Under the pieces are notes generated by a model that searched no databases, was not told the origin of the DNA, and was given only the letters and a program-made list of their open reading frames with translations. From Planctomycetota bacterium (GTDB lineage: Bacteria; Planctomycetota; Planctomycetia; Planctomycetales; Planctomycetaceae), in assembly GCA_014584345.1 (NCBI GenBank), contig JACTNB010000027.1, positions 5,785 through 69,784 on the forward strand: DNA of 64,000 bases, read 5' to 3'. This document shows positions 44,968 to 57,107 of the stretch, piece by piece; the first letter of the stretch is position 1; each line of letters begins with the position of its first letter. The translations under genes were made by a program, and so were the position numbers.

Positions 44968-45832
44968 ATTTGCAGACATCACCCGTCGCGACGAATCCCT
45001 GGCGCCGTACACCTGGCTGAAACTGGGAGGACCGGCCCAGTACCTGATCGAGCCGCGCACCCAGGAAGAACTGGCGGAAGTGGTGCAGTGTTGCCAGCAG
45101 AATGAAATTGCCCTGCACGTGCTGGGAGATGGCTCGAATTTGCTGGTGCGCGACGAGGGGGTGAGCGGCGTGGTGCTGCGGCTGGTTTCAGGCGAATTTT
45201 CCCGGGTGACAATCGAGGGAACCCGGGTGACTGCGGGGGCGGGAGCCTTGCTGTCCCATGTGGTTTCCCGCACGGTGGCGGCCGGTTTGACCGGATTGGA
45301 AGAGCTGGCTGGTATTCCGGGGACAATTGGTGGGGCGATCGTCGGGAATGCGGGAGGGCGAGGCGGGGAACTCGGCTCCAAGGTGGAATCGATCCAGGTT
45401 GTCACGCATCGGGGAGTCATCGAAACCATTCCGGCGGACCTGATCGGTTTCGAGTATCGAAACAGTCATATCGATGCCCCCGTGGTGATCTCCGCGACCT
45501 TGCAACTCGAAGAGGGGGATGCCGAGGAAATTACCCGGCGCTTGCGCAAAACGTGGATCATGAAAAAAGCGTCCCAGCCCCTTTCATCGCAATCGGCGGG
45601 CTGTGTGTTCAAGAACCCCCGGGGCCTCAGCGCGGGAGCCTTAATCGAACAGGCGGGGCTCAAGGGGACGCGTGTGGGGGATTGCGAAGTGAGCGATATT
45701 CACGCCAATTTCATAATCACTCACGAAAACACTACCAGCCACGATGTGCTTCGGCTGATTGATCTGGTCCGCTCCAAGGTGGCCGATCATCACGGCGTGG
45801 AATTGGAACTGGAAGTGAAAGTCTGGCCGTAG
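44951..45832 (+). CDS. murB: UDP-N-acetylenolpyruvoylglucosamine reductase
   Basis: [33 protein letters not shown]...[18 protein letters not shown]; overlaps the murC end. Confidence 0.96.
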   Translation: MNCLDKFADITRRDESLAPYTWLKLGGPAQYLIEPRTQEELAEVVQCCQQNEIALHVLGDGSNLLVRDEGVSGVVLRLVSGEFSRVTIEGTRVTAGAGALLSHVVSRTVAAGLTGLEELAGIPGTIGGAIVGNAGGRGGELGSKVESIQVVTHRGVIETIPADLIGFEYRNSHIDAPVVISATLQLEEGDAEEITRRLRKTWIMKKASQPLSSQSAGCVFKNPRGLSAGALIEQAGLKGTRVGDCEVSDIHANFIITHENTTSHDVLRLIDLVRSKVADHHGVELELEVKVWP

Positions 45833-45855
45833 AACGGGCCTCGCCGGGATGCGGA

Positions 45856-46995
45856 TCACGCGGGCGATTCAGTGTGGGGGGCATCGTCCACGGGGAGCAG
45901 GAATCTTTCGGGAGAAAAAGGGGAGATGTCCAGATCCGGCGGCTGGTCCAGCAGCAGTTGTCTCATGATCCTGCCCGTCAGCGGCGAAAGCGACAAGCCG
46001 GCGCGATAATGTCCCGTGGCCATCCAGGCGTTCTTCCAGTGGGGAAAACGTCCCAGGATGGGCAACAGATCCTGCGTTGCCGGGCGAAAACCACACCAGT
46101 GCCGTTCCGGGGATACGTGCTCCAGTTCGGGAACGAGGGACTTCCCAAAATCCAGCAGCTGTTGCAACAACTCCTCGTTTTCCTCGCGATTGAATCCGAC
46201 GCGTTCCTCGGTGGAACCGATCAACAGGCGACCATCGGCACGTGGCACGAGATAGCGTTTCCCCTGTTCCACAATTCCTCGCAAAAAACCGGGCGTACGG
46301 AGCAAAACGATCTGCCCGCGCACGGGTTCCACGGGAAAATTCCACTGCAGCAGGTCCCGCAGAGACTGTGTCCAAGCCCCCGTGGCCCAAAGAAATTGCC
46401 CGGCGGCAAGTGTTCCCTCGGAAGTGCGCAGATGCCGAATCCCTTGGGCGTCGGCATCGACAGAATGCAAAGTTACACCTCTGGTGCAACGCACACCGAG
46501 TTGCAGGCAGGCGGCCAGCAAGGCTGCCAGATGGCGGGGATTGCGAACCTGGGCCTGTTGCGGCAGCGCATAGGCCAGTGCGGAAGCTGGTCGCAAGGCT
46601 GGTTCGAGACGACTGCAATCGTCCGCATCGAGAGGGGTGGCAGTCACTCCCTGTTGAGTCCAGCGTGCCATTTCGCTCTGGAATACCTCGGGCGCCACGT
46701 CGGGCTCGGCCAGAATGACCGCGCCGCAGCGGCGATATTCGTTATCCAGTCCCGTTGCCTGGAACAGTTCCGCGGACACGTCCGGCCATAACAGGGCACT
46801 TTGCCTGGACATTTCGCGATAGGGCCGGTTCTCGAAGTGAATATCCCCTGGGGGAATCATACCGGCCCCCGCCCACGAGGCTTCCTTGCCAGGCTCGCGT
46901 CGGTCAATTAAATGCACGCGTGCCCCTTGGCGTGCCAGTTCCCATGCGGTGGACAGCCCGATCACTCCCCCGCCAATAATTAACACGTCATCCAT
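45856..46995 (-). CDS. thiO: glycine oxidase / FAD-dependent D-amino-acid oxidase family
   Basis: IIGGGVIGLSTAWELA, ASWAGAGM, PVRGQI, YLVPR.DG..LIGST, GFRP, ATGHYRAG. Confidence 0.85.
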   Translation of the reverse strand: MDDVLIIGGGVIGLSTAWELARQGARVHLIDRREPGKEASWAGAGMIPPGDIHFENRPYREMSRQSALLWPDVSAELFQATGLDNEYRRCGAVILAEPDVAPEVFQSEMARWTQQGVTATPLDADDCSRLEPALRPASALAYALPQQAQVRNPRHLAALLAACLQLGVRCTRGVTLHSVDADAQGIRHLRTSEGTLAAGQFLWATGAWTQSLRDLLQWNFPVEPVRGQIVLLRTPGFLRGIVEQGKRYLVPRADGRLLIGSTEERVGFNREENEELLQQLLDFGKSLVPELEHVSPERHWCGFRPATQDLLPILGRFPHWKNAWMATGHYRAGLSLSPLTGRIMRQLLLDQPPDLDISPFSPERFLLPVDDAPHTESPA

Positions 46996-47099
46996 CGATA
47001 CCGCTTGACCACAGCCCTATGCCGAATGAGTCCAGGCGCACAGCCTGTGCATGTCCACTTCGCACCCTGGCGTGTCTCACCTTGAAATGCCACACGAGT

Positions 47100-48971
47100 T
47101 CACAACGCCCGACGCAAGGCTTGCGCGAGATCAGCCGAGGTGGCATTATAAACTTCCCGGCAGGCTTCGTTCACGTTGCGTCCGTCGATCACCAGCCGGG
47201 CAAAACGGCGAAATTGTTCCGCACTTCCCGAATTCAACAGAAAACGGGTCGTCACATAGCCGACATGTTCGGTGGCATCGGGTGCGAAGGTGCCGTTCTG
47301 GAACAGGTCTTCGGGCCTCCGCAACCCTGCCAGCACCCCCGAGGCGGACCCCTGCATCGATTTTTCAAACTCATCCGAGCGTAGCGCGGGATCCGCCAAC
47401 GCCCAACCGGCCCCTTCCAGCAACCAGAGGGGCCGCGCGCGGGCATTGGTTTGCCAATAGGCCGAATTCAGGGACTTGAATAAGGTCCACCGCAGGGCCG
47501 GCTTCGTCGCGGTGGAGACATCTCCGGTATCGAGTAGAGCCACGTAGGCATCGTTGAAGTTATCCGTGACCCGCGCGTGGCCAAACAGGGTATCTGCAGG
47601 TTGACGATTTTCGATCGAGCGGTTGAATTCGTCGTAGTCGTAACGATCCTTGAAGACATAAATCGCAAGGCGTCCCCGCCAACTGGGCAAATCCTTCAGC
47701 CCGAACCGGGACTGCAGATCCTTCAAGCCAGCATCGGCCCAGGTCGCCACTTCCCCCATGCGGGAGGAATCCACGTTCCCCATGATCAGGAATTTATCGG
47801 TACTGACGGTAATTGGCTTGGCGCTGGCCAGCGTGCGACGCCAGTGGGCCTCGGCCTTATCCTGGCGAAATTTCTGGAACTCCGGCTCGGGCATTTCGCG
47901 CAGCCGTTTCGCGAGAACTTCCTCGTCGGTGGGGACCAAGTCCCGGATTCGCATTTTGGGATCATCCACATCGATTTTGATCCCTTCCAAAATCCAGGTT
48001 CGAAGGTCTTCGTAGTTTTTGCGCGTGATACGGGCCTGGCCCTGGGGCATCCGCGGATTTTCCAGCCCCCCCGTCAGACGGAACAGTCGGCTCTCTTCGA
48101 GTTTACCGGGAATCAGCACGACTCCGCTGTCGCCGCCGATCAACATGCTCTCGATGGTTTCCAGGGAAAAGCCGCTGTCGGGATTATTGCCGCCGTGGCA
48201 GCCGATACAAAACGTGACAAACAGCGGGGCAATATCCTGCTTGAAAGAAACGGTTTCGGTGCCCTCCGGCTTGGCAATCTTGATTTCGGGTTTTTTCATC
48301 GTGGGCTTGCCCAGGTCCGCGAGCAGGGTCGTTTCGTCGTCGTGATCGTACCGCGCCCCCTGATTAATCCACTCCGCGATTTTGTTGATCTCGGCGGGGG
48401 GTAATGGCTGGGGCCCGCGCGGCATGCGTTGCTGCCCGGGTGCAACGAGCCGCAATGCCAGTAGACTCCGCTGAGCACTCCCTGGCACAAGGAGGGGCCC
48501 GGATGTTCCTCCCTGGCGGAGTCCCGCAAAGGTATCGAGACGCAGGCCCCCACGGGCATCGTCATCGTGGCAACTCACGCATTTGCCGGCCAGAATGGGC
48601 GCGATTTCCTTGCTGAAGCTGATCCCCTGATTCGGTTTTGACGCATCGCCGGGGTTCATTTGTCGCTGCAACTGCTGTTTTTGTGTGTCAATCGCCTTTT
48701 GCAACCCCGCGATGGCCGGATCCTGATCGGTCACGCCCGCGGCTGACGCAATCTCCTTCAAGGTGCCCTCGGTTTCCTCCAGCAGTTTTTGCGCTTCTTC
48801 GAAATCCTTGCGACGGATCAGTGAGGAGGCCTTGGTGAGTTCGCGGCGCAGATTGCTCAAATCGCGGCGATGTTCAGGAGTTAACTGTGCCTGCACGGGC
48901 GTTTCGATAGCCAGCATTCCCACAAACATCGCCAGCAGCATGAGTGCCACGGCAGGCTTGAAGCTTTGCAT
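47100..48971 (-). CDS. planctomycete cytochrome c (two PSCyt1-like heme domains) with a C-terminal peptidase-MA-like region
   Basis: signal peptide; ISFSKEIAPILAGKCVSCH..GGLRLDT and VSFKQDIAPLFVTFCIGCH; MP..W I..G motifs; C-terminal PLWLLEG. Confidence 0.88.
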   Translation of the reverse strand: MQSFKPAVALMLLAMFVGMLAIETPVQAQLTPEHRRDLSNLRRELTKASSLIRRKDFEEAQKLLEETEGTLKEIASAAGVTDQDPAIAGLQKAIDTQKQQLQRQMNPGDASKPNQGISFSKEIAPILAGKCVSCHDDDARGGLRLDTFAGLRQGGTSGPLLVPGSAQRSLLALRLVAPGQQRMPRGPQPLPPAEINKIAEWINQGARYDHDDETTLLADLGKPTMKKPEIKIAKPEGTETVSFKQDIAPLFVTFCIGCHGGNNPDSGFSLETIESMLIGGDSGVVLIPGKLEESRLFRLTGGLENPRMPQGQARITRKNYEDLRTWILEGIKIDVDDPKMRIRDLVPTDEEVLAKRLREMPEPEFQKFRQDKAEAHWRRTLASAKPITVSTDKFLIMGNVDSSRMGEVATWADAGLKDLQSRFGLKDLPSWRGRLAIYVFKDRYDYDEFNRSIENRQPADTLFGHARVTDNFNDAYVALLDTGDVSTATKPALRWTLFKSLNSAYWQTNARARPLWLLEGAGWALADPALRSDEFEKSMQGSASGVLAGLRRPEDLFQNGTFAPDATEHVGYVTTRFLLNSGSAEQFRRFARLVIDGRNVNEACREVYNATSADLAQALRRAL

Positions 48972-49344
48972 GAAAAGCTCGCACTTCATCAACAGGCAGG
49001 AGAACTTCATCGGGCAGCCCTTTGGGGGTAGCGTGTCGGAACAGTACAGCCCACCTCGGGATCAGGCCGAAAGGTCCATTCCAAGGGGACTGAAGGCGAG
49101 CGGACAGCGTATTGACCGCTTTTTGAGTTTATACGTAAACCACATCAAATCGCAAACAGTGAACCGAAATTTCGACCGGACGGGCCAGATTCCATTTTTT
49201 TGCCTGTTCCCCATTCGGACACTACCGGGAGATTCCTCGGAACCGAAGCAGGGCCCCCTTATTTGTTTCCGAGGAACGCCCCTGCCGGTATTATTAAGAT
49301 GTGTTCCTTCCGTATAATCCGTTTTCTTCCTGGCTACTCTCGAC

Positions 49345-50175
49345 ATGCTTAGCAGTACACTTATCAACAAACGAGAGAAGCTGTTGGCCTGGCTGGAGCA
49401 AGCCGGGCGAGTAGGGGTGGCATTTTCCGCGGGCGTGGACAGTACCGTGCTGGCAAAAGCGGCCCGGTTGGCATGTGGTTCCGGGGCGCTCGCCCTGCTT
49501 GCGGAAAGTCCTTCGTTGCCACGGGGAACCATGGAGGAAGCGGTTTCCCTGGCGAAACGGATCGATATTCCCTTGCAGATCCTGCAAACCGGCGAGTTTC
49601 TGCGTCCGGAATACCAGGCGAATGCGGGTAATCGGTGTTATTTCTGCAAGCAGACACTGTATTTGTGTCTCTTGGAGCGAAAGGCCAAGTTGGGGATTGA
49701 TATCGTGGTGAATGGCACGAATCTGGATGATTTGGGCGATTATCGCCCGGGCTTGCAGGCAGCAGAGGAGTTTGACGTGCGCAGCCCTTTTGTCGAAGTC
49801 GAACTGACAAAACCGGAAATCCGCGAATTGGCGCGTGACTGGGATCTCCCGGTCTGGGACAAGCCGGCCGCTCCGTGCCTGTCGAGCCGTATCGCCCATG
49901 GATTAGAAGTCACGGTGGAACGGGTTCGCCGCGTCGATGAAGCCGAAAGGTTTCTCAAAGAGTTTCTGCAGATCTCGGAATTACGAGTCCGGCACGAATT
50001 TCACGAGTTGGCCCGCATCGAAGTGCCGCTTTCTTCGCTCGAGTTGCTGACCAGGGAAGCAAACGCCGCAACCATTGTTCAGTTTTTGCGCGATCTCGGT
50101 TTCCGATATGTCACGGTTGATCTGGCCGGCTTCCGCTCCGGCAGTCTGAACGATGTCCTGCAGCTTCAGATTTAG
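49345..50175 (+). CDS. larE: LarE-like ATP-dependent sulfur transferase (PP-loop)
   Basis: VAFSAGVDS, NRCYFCK, GTNLDDLGDYRPG..AA.E..VRSP, WDKPAAPCLSSRI, RVRH..ARIE, GFRYVTVDL.GFRSGS. Confidence 0.9.
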   Translation: MLSSTLINKREKLLAWLEQAGRVGVAFSAGVDSTVLAKAARLACGSGALALLAESPSLPRGTMEEAVSLAKRIDIPLQILQTGEFLRPEYQANAGNRCYFCKQTLYLCLLERKAKLGIDIVVNGTNLDDLGDYRPGLQAAEEFDVRSPFVEVELTKPEIRELARDWDLPVWDKPAAPCLSSRIAHGLEVTVERVRRVDEAERFLKEFLQISELRVRHEFHELARIEVPLSSLELLTREANAATIVQFLRDLGFRYVTVDLAGFRSGSLNDVLQLQI

Positions 50176-50219
50176 CCCATCAATTTAAGCATGAGCGCGA
50201 ACACGCCGCATCGGCAAAA

Positions 50220-50356
50220 CTAGCCGCGCCCATGAGGAAGCGGGCCAGAGGTACGCCGCTCATGTCGTGTTGTTTTCCATGCGAGTGGACTTTATGTCGG
50301 GCGGGTGCATTGCGATATGCCGCGCCCGCAGAGCCCGCTTCCGGTCAGGCGCGGCT
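50220..50356. repeat. REP doublet (REPIN-like), copy 1
   Basis: left arm AGCCGCGCCCATGAGGAAGCGGGC; right arm reverse-complements to AGCCGCGCCTGACCGGAAGCGGGC. Confidence 0.75.
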
Positions 50357-50422
50357 TTACCCTCGCTCGCACTGGCGGACAGGCAGATCAGTGGCACCCG
50401 ATTTCTCGCGCCTGACGGCGTA

Positions 50423-51019
50423 TTAGTCTTCACTGGGCAACTGAAATTGCAGAAAGTTCGCGAATTGAACGTCCTTGATGAATTGATGGCCGATTACCTC
50501 GTTCAATTGTTCGACCAGTTTCGTGCGAAGCTTGGCCAGGCTGGGTTGCTTCAAATCCTCCCTGCTGGCATTACTCATGACGGCTTCCACGGTGGAGCGG
50601 AGTCGATGCTTGCGATTATGCACGATATTTTCCACATCAAGCAGTTGTTGGGAATGCCCATTGGTTGTCAGGTAGGCATCGTATTGCAGCACGGTCAGGT
50701 TACTGGGAGTCGCGGAACTCCGGGCCATGGTTTCGAAATCCCCCAGCGGAATTTCCAGGTTTCGCGAAGGGCCCTGGGGCGCTTGTTCTCGTTGTTGCCG
50801 GGAACGGATCTGTTCGCTGGCGCTCTGTTCCTGCACAAACAATACCAGCAGGCAGCTCATGCAAACCAGCGTGGTAATCAATACCAGTAGAAACAGATTA
50901 TCGGATTTCCATTTCAGTGATGCGAACCAGGAGGGTTTCCTGGGTTGTTGTGATTGAATCTGTTTTTCCAACTCGTGCAGGCGAGTCAGCGATTCTTGCA
51001 GGTTATGCGGGAGTGACAT
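50423..51019 (-). CDS. FliL-like single-pass membrane protein
   Basis: TM LFLLVLITTLVCMSCLLVLFV, EIPLGDF, RLRSTV..V, KLRTKLVEQLNEVIG..IKDVQFANF, like the FliL C-terminus. Confidence 0.65.
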   Translation of the reverse strand: MSLPHNLQESLTRLHELEKQIQSQQPRKPSWFASLKWKSDNLFLLVLITTLVCMSCLLVLFVQEQSASEQIRSRQQREQAPQGPSRNLEIPLGDFETMARSSATPSNLTVLQYDAYLTTNGHSQQLLDVENIVHNRKHRLRSTVEAVMSNASREDLKQPSLAKLRTKLVEQLNEVIGHQFIKDVQFANFLQFQLPSED

Positions 51020-51082
51020 AGGCGTGGTATTTGGAAAGGGTGGGATTCGTGGGAGAGTTCGTCCAAGGGAAAGGCGTGCCCA

Positions 51083-52138
51083 CTAGACACCGGCAAGTAC
51101 CGCTTCCTCTTCCGTAAAAGAGAGATCCGTCTGGCCGTCCAGCAGCACATAACCTTTGTCCGCCAGGGGGTCGATGCGGAATCGTTTGCGGTAGGAAAAT
51201 GGTTCCGGGGACTTTCGTTTTGTCAGTTGATCCCATATCCGCAGACAGCGCACATAGGCTTCCTTGAACCGGGCGGTCCAGAGCCGAGGATCCGTCGAGA
51301 GATGTTTGCAGCCAAACTGTCGCCGTAAATGATAATTGGCCAGATGGACGTTGATCCGCCGCTTAGCCAGGGGGTTGCGGTGTTCCGTCGACAGGGAAAC
51401 GTTCAGTCCGTCGCGGTTTGTCACGCGATGGGGTGTGTTTTGCGGCCAGGTGATCATCTGGCCCGGTTGCAGCCGAAATGAAATCGCGTAATTTTCGAAC
51501 CAGGATTGATAAGGCATATCTTCGGCCATTTGGCCCAGAATCAGCCGTTCGATATTGCGAGGCGAAACGAAACGATCGTCGAAGGGGGGATAGACCCAGA
51601 CCTGCTTTTCTCCCCGCAAATGCCACAACATGTTCACAGGCAAGTCGATATGGTAATACACCATGGCGTTGGGCGAGGAAATCAGGAGATTCGCGGAGCG
51701 ATGCTGTGCCTGAAATCCGGGGCATTGGGATTCCAGTTCGTGGTAGATGGAATCCAGCATTCGGGCGTATTCGGGATGAAAACGGGCCAGCGAGACCAGA
51801 TTGACCCATAACTGCCCGTTCTTGACGGCTTGCAGCAGATCCTCGGCGGAAGTCTCGCCGCGTACGCCGGTCATCCATTCGAACCTGTTTTCATCGTTCC
51901 CCATGGCGGCAATGGTCAGGTAATCCTGGGGATGCAGATCGATCAACTCGCACAGAGCCTCGTCGGAAAACAGTCCGCTCTCATGCACGCGGTGCCGGGC
52001 CGTGAGCACGGTTTTTTCCAGCATGCGGTAATCTTCGGGGGGCCAATCCACAAGATATGAATTTTCCGAATACACGTCCGCTTCTCCCAGATCTGGATGA
52101 TGCATGCCACAGTTGAAGAAATCCACTGTGGGAAGCAT
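51083..52138 (-). CDS. JmjC/cupin-like domain protein
   Basis: LLISSPNAMVYYHID..LWHLRGEK.VWVYP..LQPGQMITWPQNTPHRV (HxD...H triad); start uncertain. Confidence 0.8.
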   Translation of the reverse strand: MLPTVDFFNCGMHHPDLGEADVYSENSYLVDWPPEDYRMLEKTVLTARHRVHESGLFSDEALCELIDLHPQDYLTIAAMGNDENRFEWMTGVRGETSAEDLLQAVKNGQLWVNLVSLARFHPEYARMLDSIYHELESQCPGFQAQHRSANLLISSPNAMVYYHIDLPVNMLWHLRGEKQVWVYPPFDDRFVSPRNIERLILGQMAEDMPYQSWFENYAISFRLQPGQMITWPQNTPHRVTNRDGLNVSLSTEHRNPLAKRRINVHLANYHLRRQFGCKHLSTDPRLWTARFKEAYVRCLRIWDQLTKRKSPEPFSYRKRFRIDPLADKGYVLLDGQTDLSFTEEEAVLAGV

Positions 52139-52273
52139 AACTCGGGGATCGGGAGAAGTGCCCGAAAAACGGGGGCGGAAATACCGACCGGCACCCCCAC
52201 GGCAAAATCAACCGACAGAATCGATATCGGTGTACCGGAGGCTGTTGCCCCGGGGCAACAGCGTGTGCGAAAA

Positions 52274-54196
<1,923 letters not shown>

Positions 54197-54366
54197 TTTT
54201 CCAACGATTCGCCGCCAGGGGCGAATGCTTTCTTCGTGGTCTATGTTGAATCATTACAAGAGATTCGATCGATACCCGGCCCGTCGGGAATACCCTGGTA
54301 CCATCCCGAATCCCATTCTCCGCCTGCCGCGGCAATTTCGCTCACGTTTTCGCGAGCAAAATTCCC

Positions 54367-55299
54367 TCAACACGCCCGCTCGATGATATACCGAGCCAAC
54401 ACCCGCAAATCGGCTGCTTCCTCGCCAAACGGATCCAGCGAGTGCAGCGCGTCCCGTACCAGGGATTCCGCCACGCGACGACTTTCCACCAAGCCCAGCA
54501 CCGCGGGGTAGGTCAGTTTGTCGCGGTTGGCATCCTTCCCAACCCCTTTCCCCATCTGCTCCTCGGTTGCGGTACAATCTAGAATATCATCCATGACCTG
54601 AAATGCCAGACCTACAGCATCGCCGTATCGTGTCAGGGCGTCAAGTTGTTCCGCGGTCGCTGCTGCCAGAATTGCCCCCATGCGGACCGCGCAAGTGATT
54701 ATTTTACCTGTCTTACGACGATGAATGGCCTGCAAAGCGGCCAGTTCCTCCCCGGGAGACGATATAATTTTGTCGACGGAGACCGCAGCCTCCGGGGTAT
54801 GTTCTCTCGATTCCGCCTCGATGTCTGCCTGCTGCCCGCCGACCATTCCCACAACACCAGCCGCTGCCGCCAGTTCCCGGCAGCAGTGTACCGCCTGAGC
54901 GGGATCTTCGATCCGCGTGGCCAGAACTTCGAAGGCATGGGTCAACAGTCCATCCCCCGCCAGAATCGCGGTCGCTTCGCCGAATTGACGATGATTCGTG
55001 GGGCGCCCCCGCCTCAAATCGTCGTTATCCATCGCGGGGAGATCGTCGTGGATCAGGGAATACGTGTGAATCATTTCGATCGCCAGGGCCGCGGGAAGAG
55101 CAGCACGGGGCGCGCCACCGCAAGCCCGGCAGGACAGCAGCGTCAACAAGGGACGAAGTCGCTTCCCTCCGGCGAGCAAACTGTAACGAACGGCATCCCG
55201 CAAGCGGGACGGGCACTCGGCGGAAAAGTCTGTCGATTCCGCCAGCCCCTGCTCGATCATTTCCCGAAGTCGGTCTACCTCACATGAAAATGGATTCAC
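54367..55299 (-). CDS. ispA: polyprenyl (farnesyl/geranyl) diphosphate synthase
   Basis: GGKRLRP, EMIHTYSLIHDDLPAMDNDDLRRG, GQQAD, KTG, FQVMDDILD; GTG start inferred. Confidence 0.93.
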   Translation of the reverse strand: MNPFSCEVDRLREMIEQGLAESTDFSAECPSRLRDAVRYSLLAGGKRLRPLLTLLSCRACGGAPRAALPAALAIEMIHTYSLIHDDLPAMDNDDLRRGRPTNHRQFGEATAILAGDGLLTHAFEVLATRIEDPAQAVHCCRELAAAAGVVGMVGGQQADIEAESREHTPEAAVSVDKIISSPGEELAALQAIHRRKTGKIITCAVRMGAILAAATAEQLDALTRYGDAVGLAFQVMDDILDCTATEEQMGKGVGKDANRDKLTYPAVLGLVESRRVAESLVRDALHSLDPFGEEAADLRVLARYIIERAC

Positions 55300-55391
55300 A
55301 CGGTCCTCGTAGCGAGTATACTGTTCCCTTCCGGCACCCCAGGGAAGGGGATGTCTGTCGCGAAGCGGGCATCTTAACATAATTCGAGGGC

Positions 55392-56606
55392 ATGGGAACA
55401 TTGATGACAAGCGATTCAAATCACATTCTGCCGCTCGATTTCCTGGTGGCGGGGCTCCCCTGCGGAATCAAGCAGAATTCCACGAAACGGGACCTGGCCC
55501 TGTTCACCTCGGAACGAGATTGCGTGGCGGTGGGCGTTTTCACCACCAATAAAGTGTGCGGCGCCCCGGTGCAGGTCAGTCGGGAACGCTTGCCCTCCTC
55601 CCTGGTGCGGGGTGTACTGATCAATTCCGGGAATGCCAATGCCTGCACCGGAGAGCAGGGTCTGGCGGATGCCCGCGAAATGACCGCACTCGTAGCACAA
55701 GGCCTGGGGCTCTCGGCCGAATCCGTGCTGGTGTGTTCCACCGGAATCATCGGTCATCCCCTCCCCATGCAGAAACTGCGCGATGGCATCCCCCAAGTGG
55801 TCGCCGCGCGGGGCAATTCGGAAGAGCATCTGCAGCAGGCTGCCCAGGCCATGATGACTACCGATACCTACCCCAAGCGGATATCGCGGACCATCCCCCT
55901 GGAAACCGGAACCGTCACCCTGACCGGCGTGGCGAAGGGGGCAGCCATGATCGCCCCCAACATGGCCACCATGCTGAGCGTGCTGATGACCGACCTCGAA
56001 TTGACCATCGAACAGGCCGACGAATTGATCCACACCGCGGTCAATCATTCCTTCAACTGCATCAGCGTGGAAGGGCATACCAGCACCAGTGATTCCGTGA
56101 TTCTACTGGCCAACGGGGCCTCGGGCGTCCGGCTTGAGGATCGCGGTGATCTCGCCGCGTTCCAGGCCGCCTTGAACAAATTTAGCCAGGAACTGTCCCA
56201 GATGATCGTCCGCGACGCGGAGGGGGCCGAACACTTCATCGCCGTCGATGTCGAAGGCGCCCGTAGCTTCGAGGATGCCGAGCAGATCGCCCGCACCGTC
56301 GCCAACGATGTGCTGGTGAAAGCTGCCGTCGCGGGGAACGACCCCAACTGGGGACGCGTTATTTCGGCCTGCGGACGGACCGGGCTGGTCGATTCCGAGC
56401 GGGATATCTCGCTTGCCATCAACAACTTCGCCGTCTTCCGCAACGGGGCACCTGTCGAATACGACGAGGAAAAAATTTCAGCCGCCATGCGCACGGGCGA
56501 TGTGCAATTCGACATCACACTCCCCTACGGTCGAGGCCGCTGGCGCATCTGGACCTGCGATCTTACCCAGGAATACATCCGCCTGAATTCGGAATACAAA
56601 ACCTGA
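55392..56606 (+). CDS. argJ: bifunctional glutamate N-acetyltransferase/amino-acid acetyltransferase
   Basis: INSGNANACTG, STGIIG, MTTDT, AKGAAMIAPNMATML, GHTSTSD, DAEGA, GNDPNWGR, CDLT..YI..N..Y.T. Confidence 0.96.
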   Translation: MGTLMTSDSNHILPLDFLVAGLPCGIKQNSTKRDLALFTSERDCVAVGVFTTNKVCGAPVQVSRERLPSSLVRGVLINSGNANACTGEQGLADAREMTALVAQGLGLSAESVLVCSTGIIGHPLPMQKLRDGIPQVVAARGNSEEHLQQAAQAMMTTDTYPKRISRTIPLETGTVTLTGVAKGAAMIAPNMATMLSVLMTDLELTIEQADELIHTAVNHSFNCISVEGHTSTSDSVILLANGASGVRLEDRGDLAAFQAALNKFSQELSQMIVRDAEGAEHFIAVDVEGARSFEDAEQIARTVANDVLVKAAVAGNDPNWGRVISACGRTGLVDSERDISLAINNFAVFRNGAPVEYDEEKISAAMRTGDVQFDITLPYGRGRWRIWTCDLTQEYIRLNSEYKT

Positions 56607-56725
56607 TCCCGCTTTGTTTCAGAGTATTTCCGGTTTTGGGTTGAGTACAAGGAGTATTCCTTGTTGCGTCGCTTGCACGGATTTCTCACAGGGGGAAATA
56701 AAACAGGATTGCTGACCTCGACGAA

Positions 56726-56857
56726 CTAGCCGCGCCCGCCAGGAAGCGGGCCAAGCGGGCGGTTCCCCGAGGAAAACTCCTGGCACACCACATCAACTCT
56801 GGCAATGACTATAATAACAGCGGACCCAGCGTGGCCCGCTTCCCCGCGGGAGCGGCT
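56726..56857. repeat. REP doublet (REPIN-like), copy 2
   Basis: left arm CTAGCCGCGCCCGCCAGGAAGCGGGCC; right arm reverse-complements to AGCCGCTCCCGCGGGGAAGCGGGCC; same arms as copy 1 with an unrelated spacer. Confidence 0.75.
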
Positions 56858-57107
56858 TAAAGTGGAGACTTTTTCGAGACAAACCCTGCCGCGTTAACCA
56901 CCGGGCGGGACATGCGGGCGCTGCTCGGTTTTCACTCGTAACCCCGGATACCGCGACTGCTTTGCAATTCTGTACGCAAGCGATCAGAATACCGTCTCGT
57001 CACATATGGATGACTGGATTCCAGTTCCGTGTTGCGGGATTCCAACGGTATTGCTTCTTCTTCGATAGACACAAATTCACTTACAGCACTGCAAGGAGAG
57101 ACTACTC

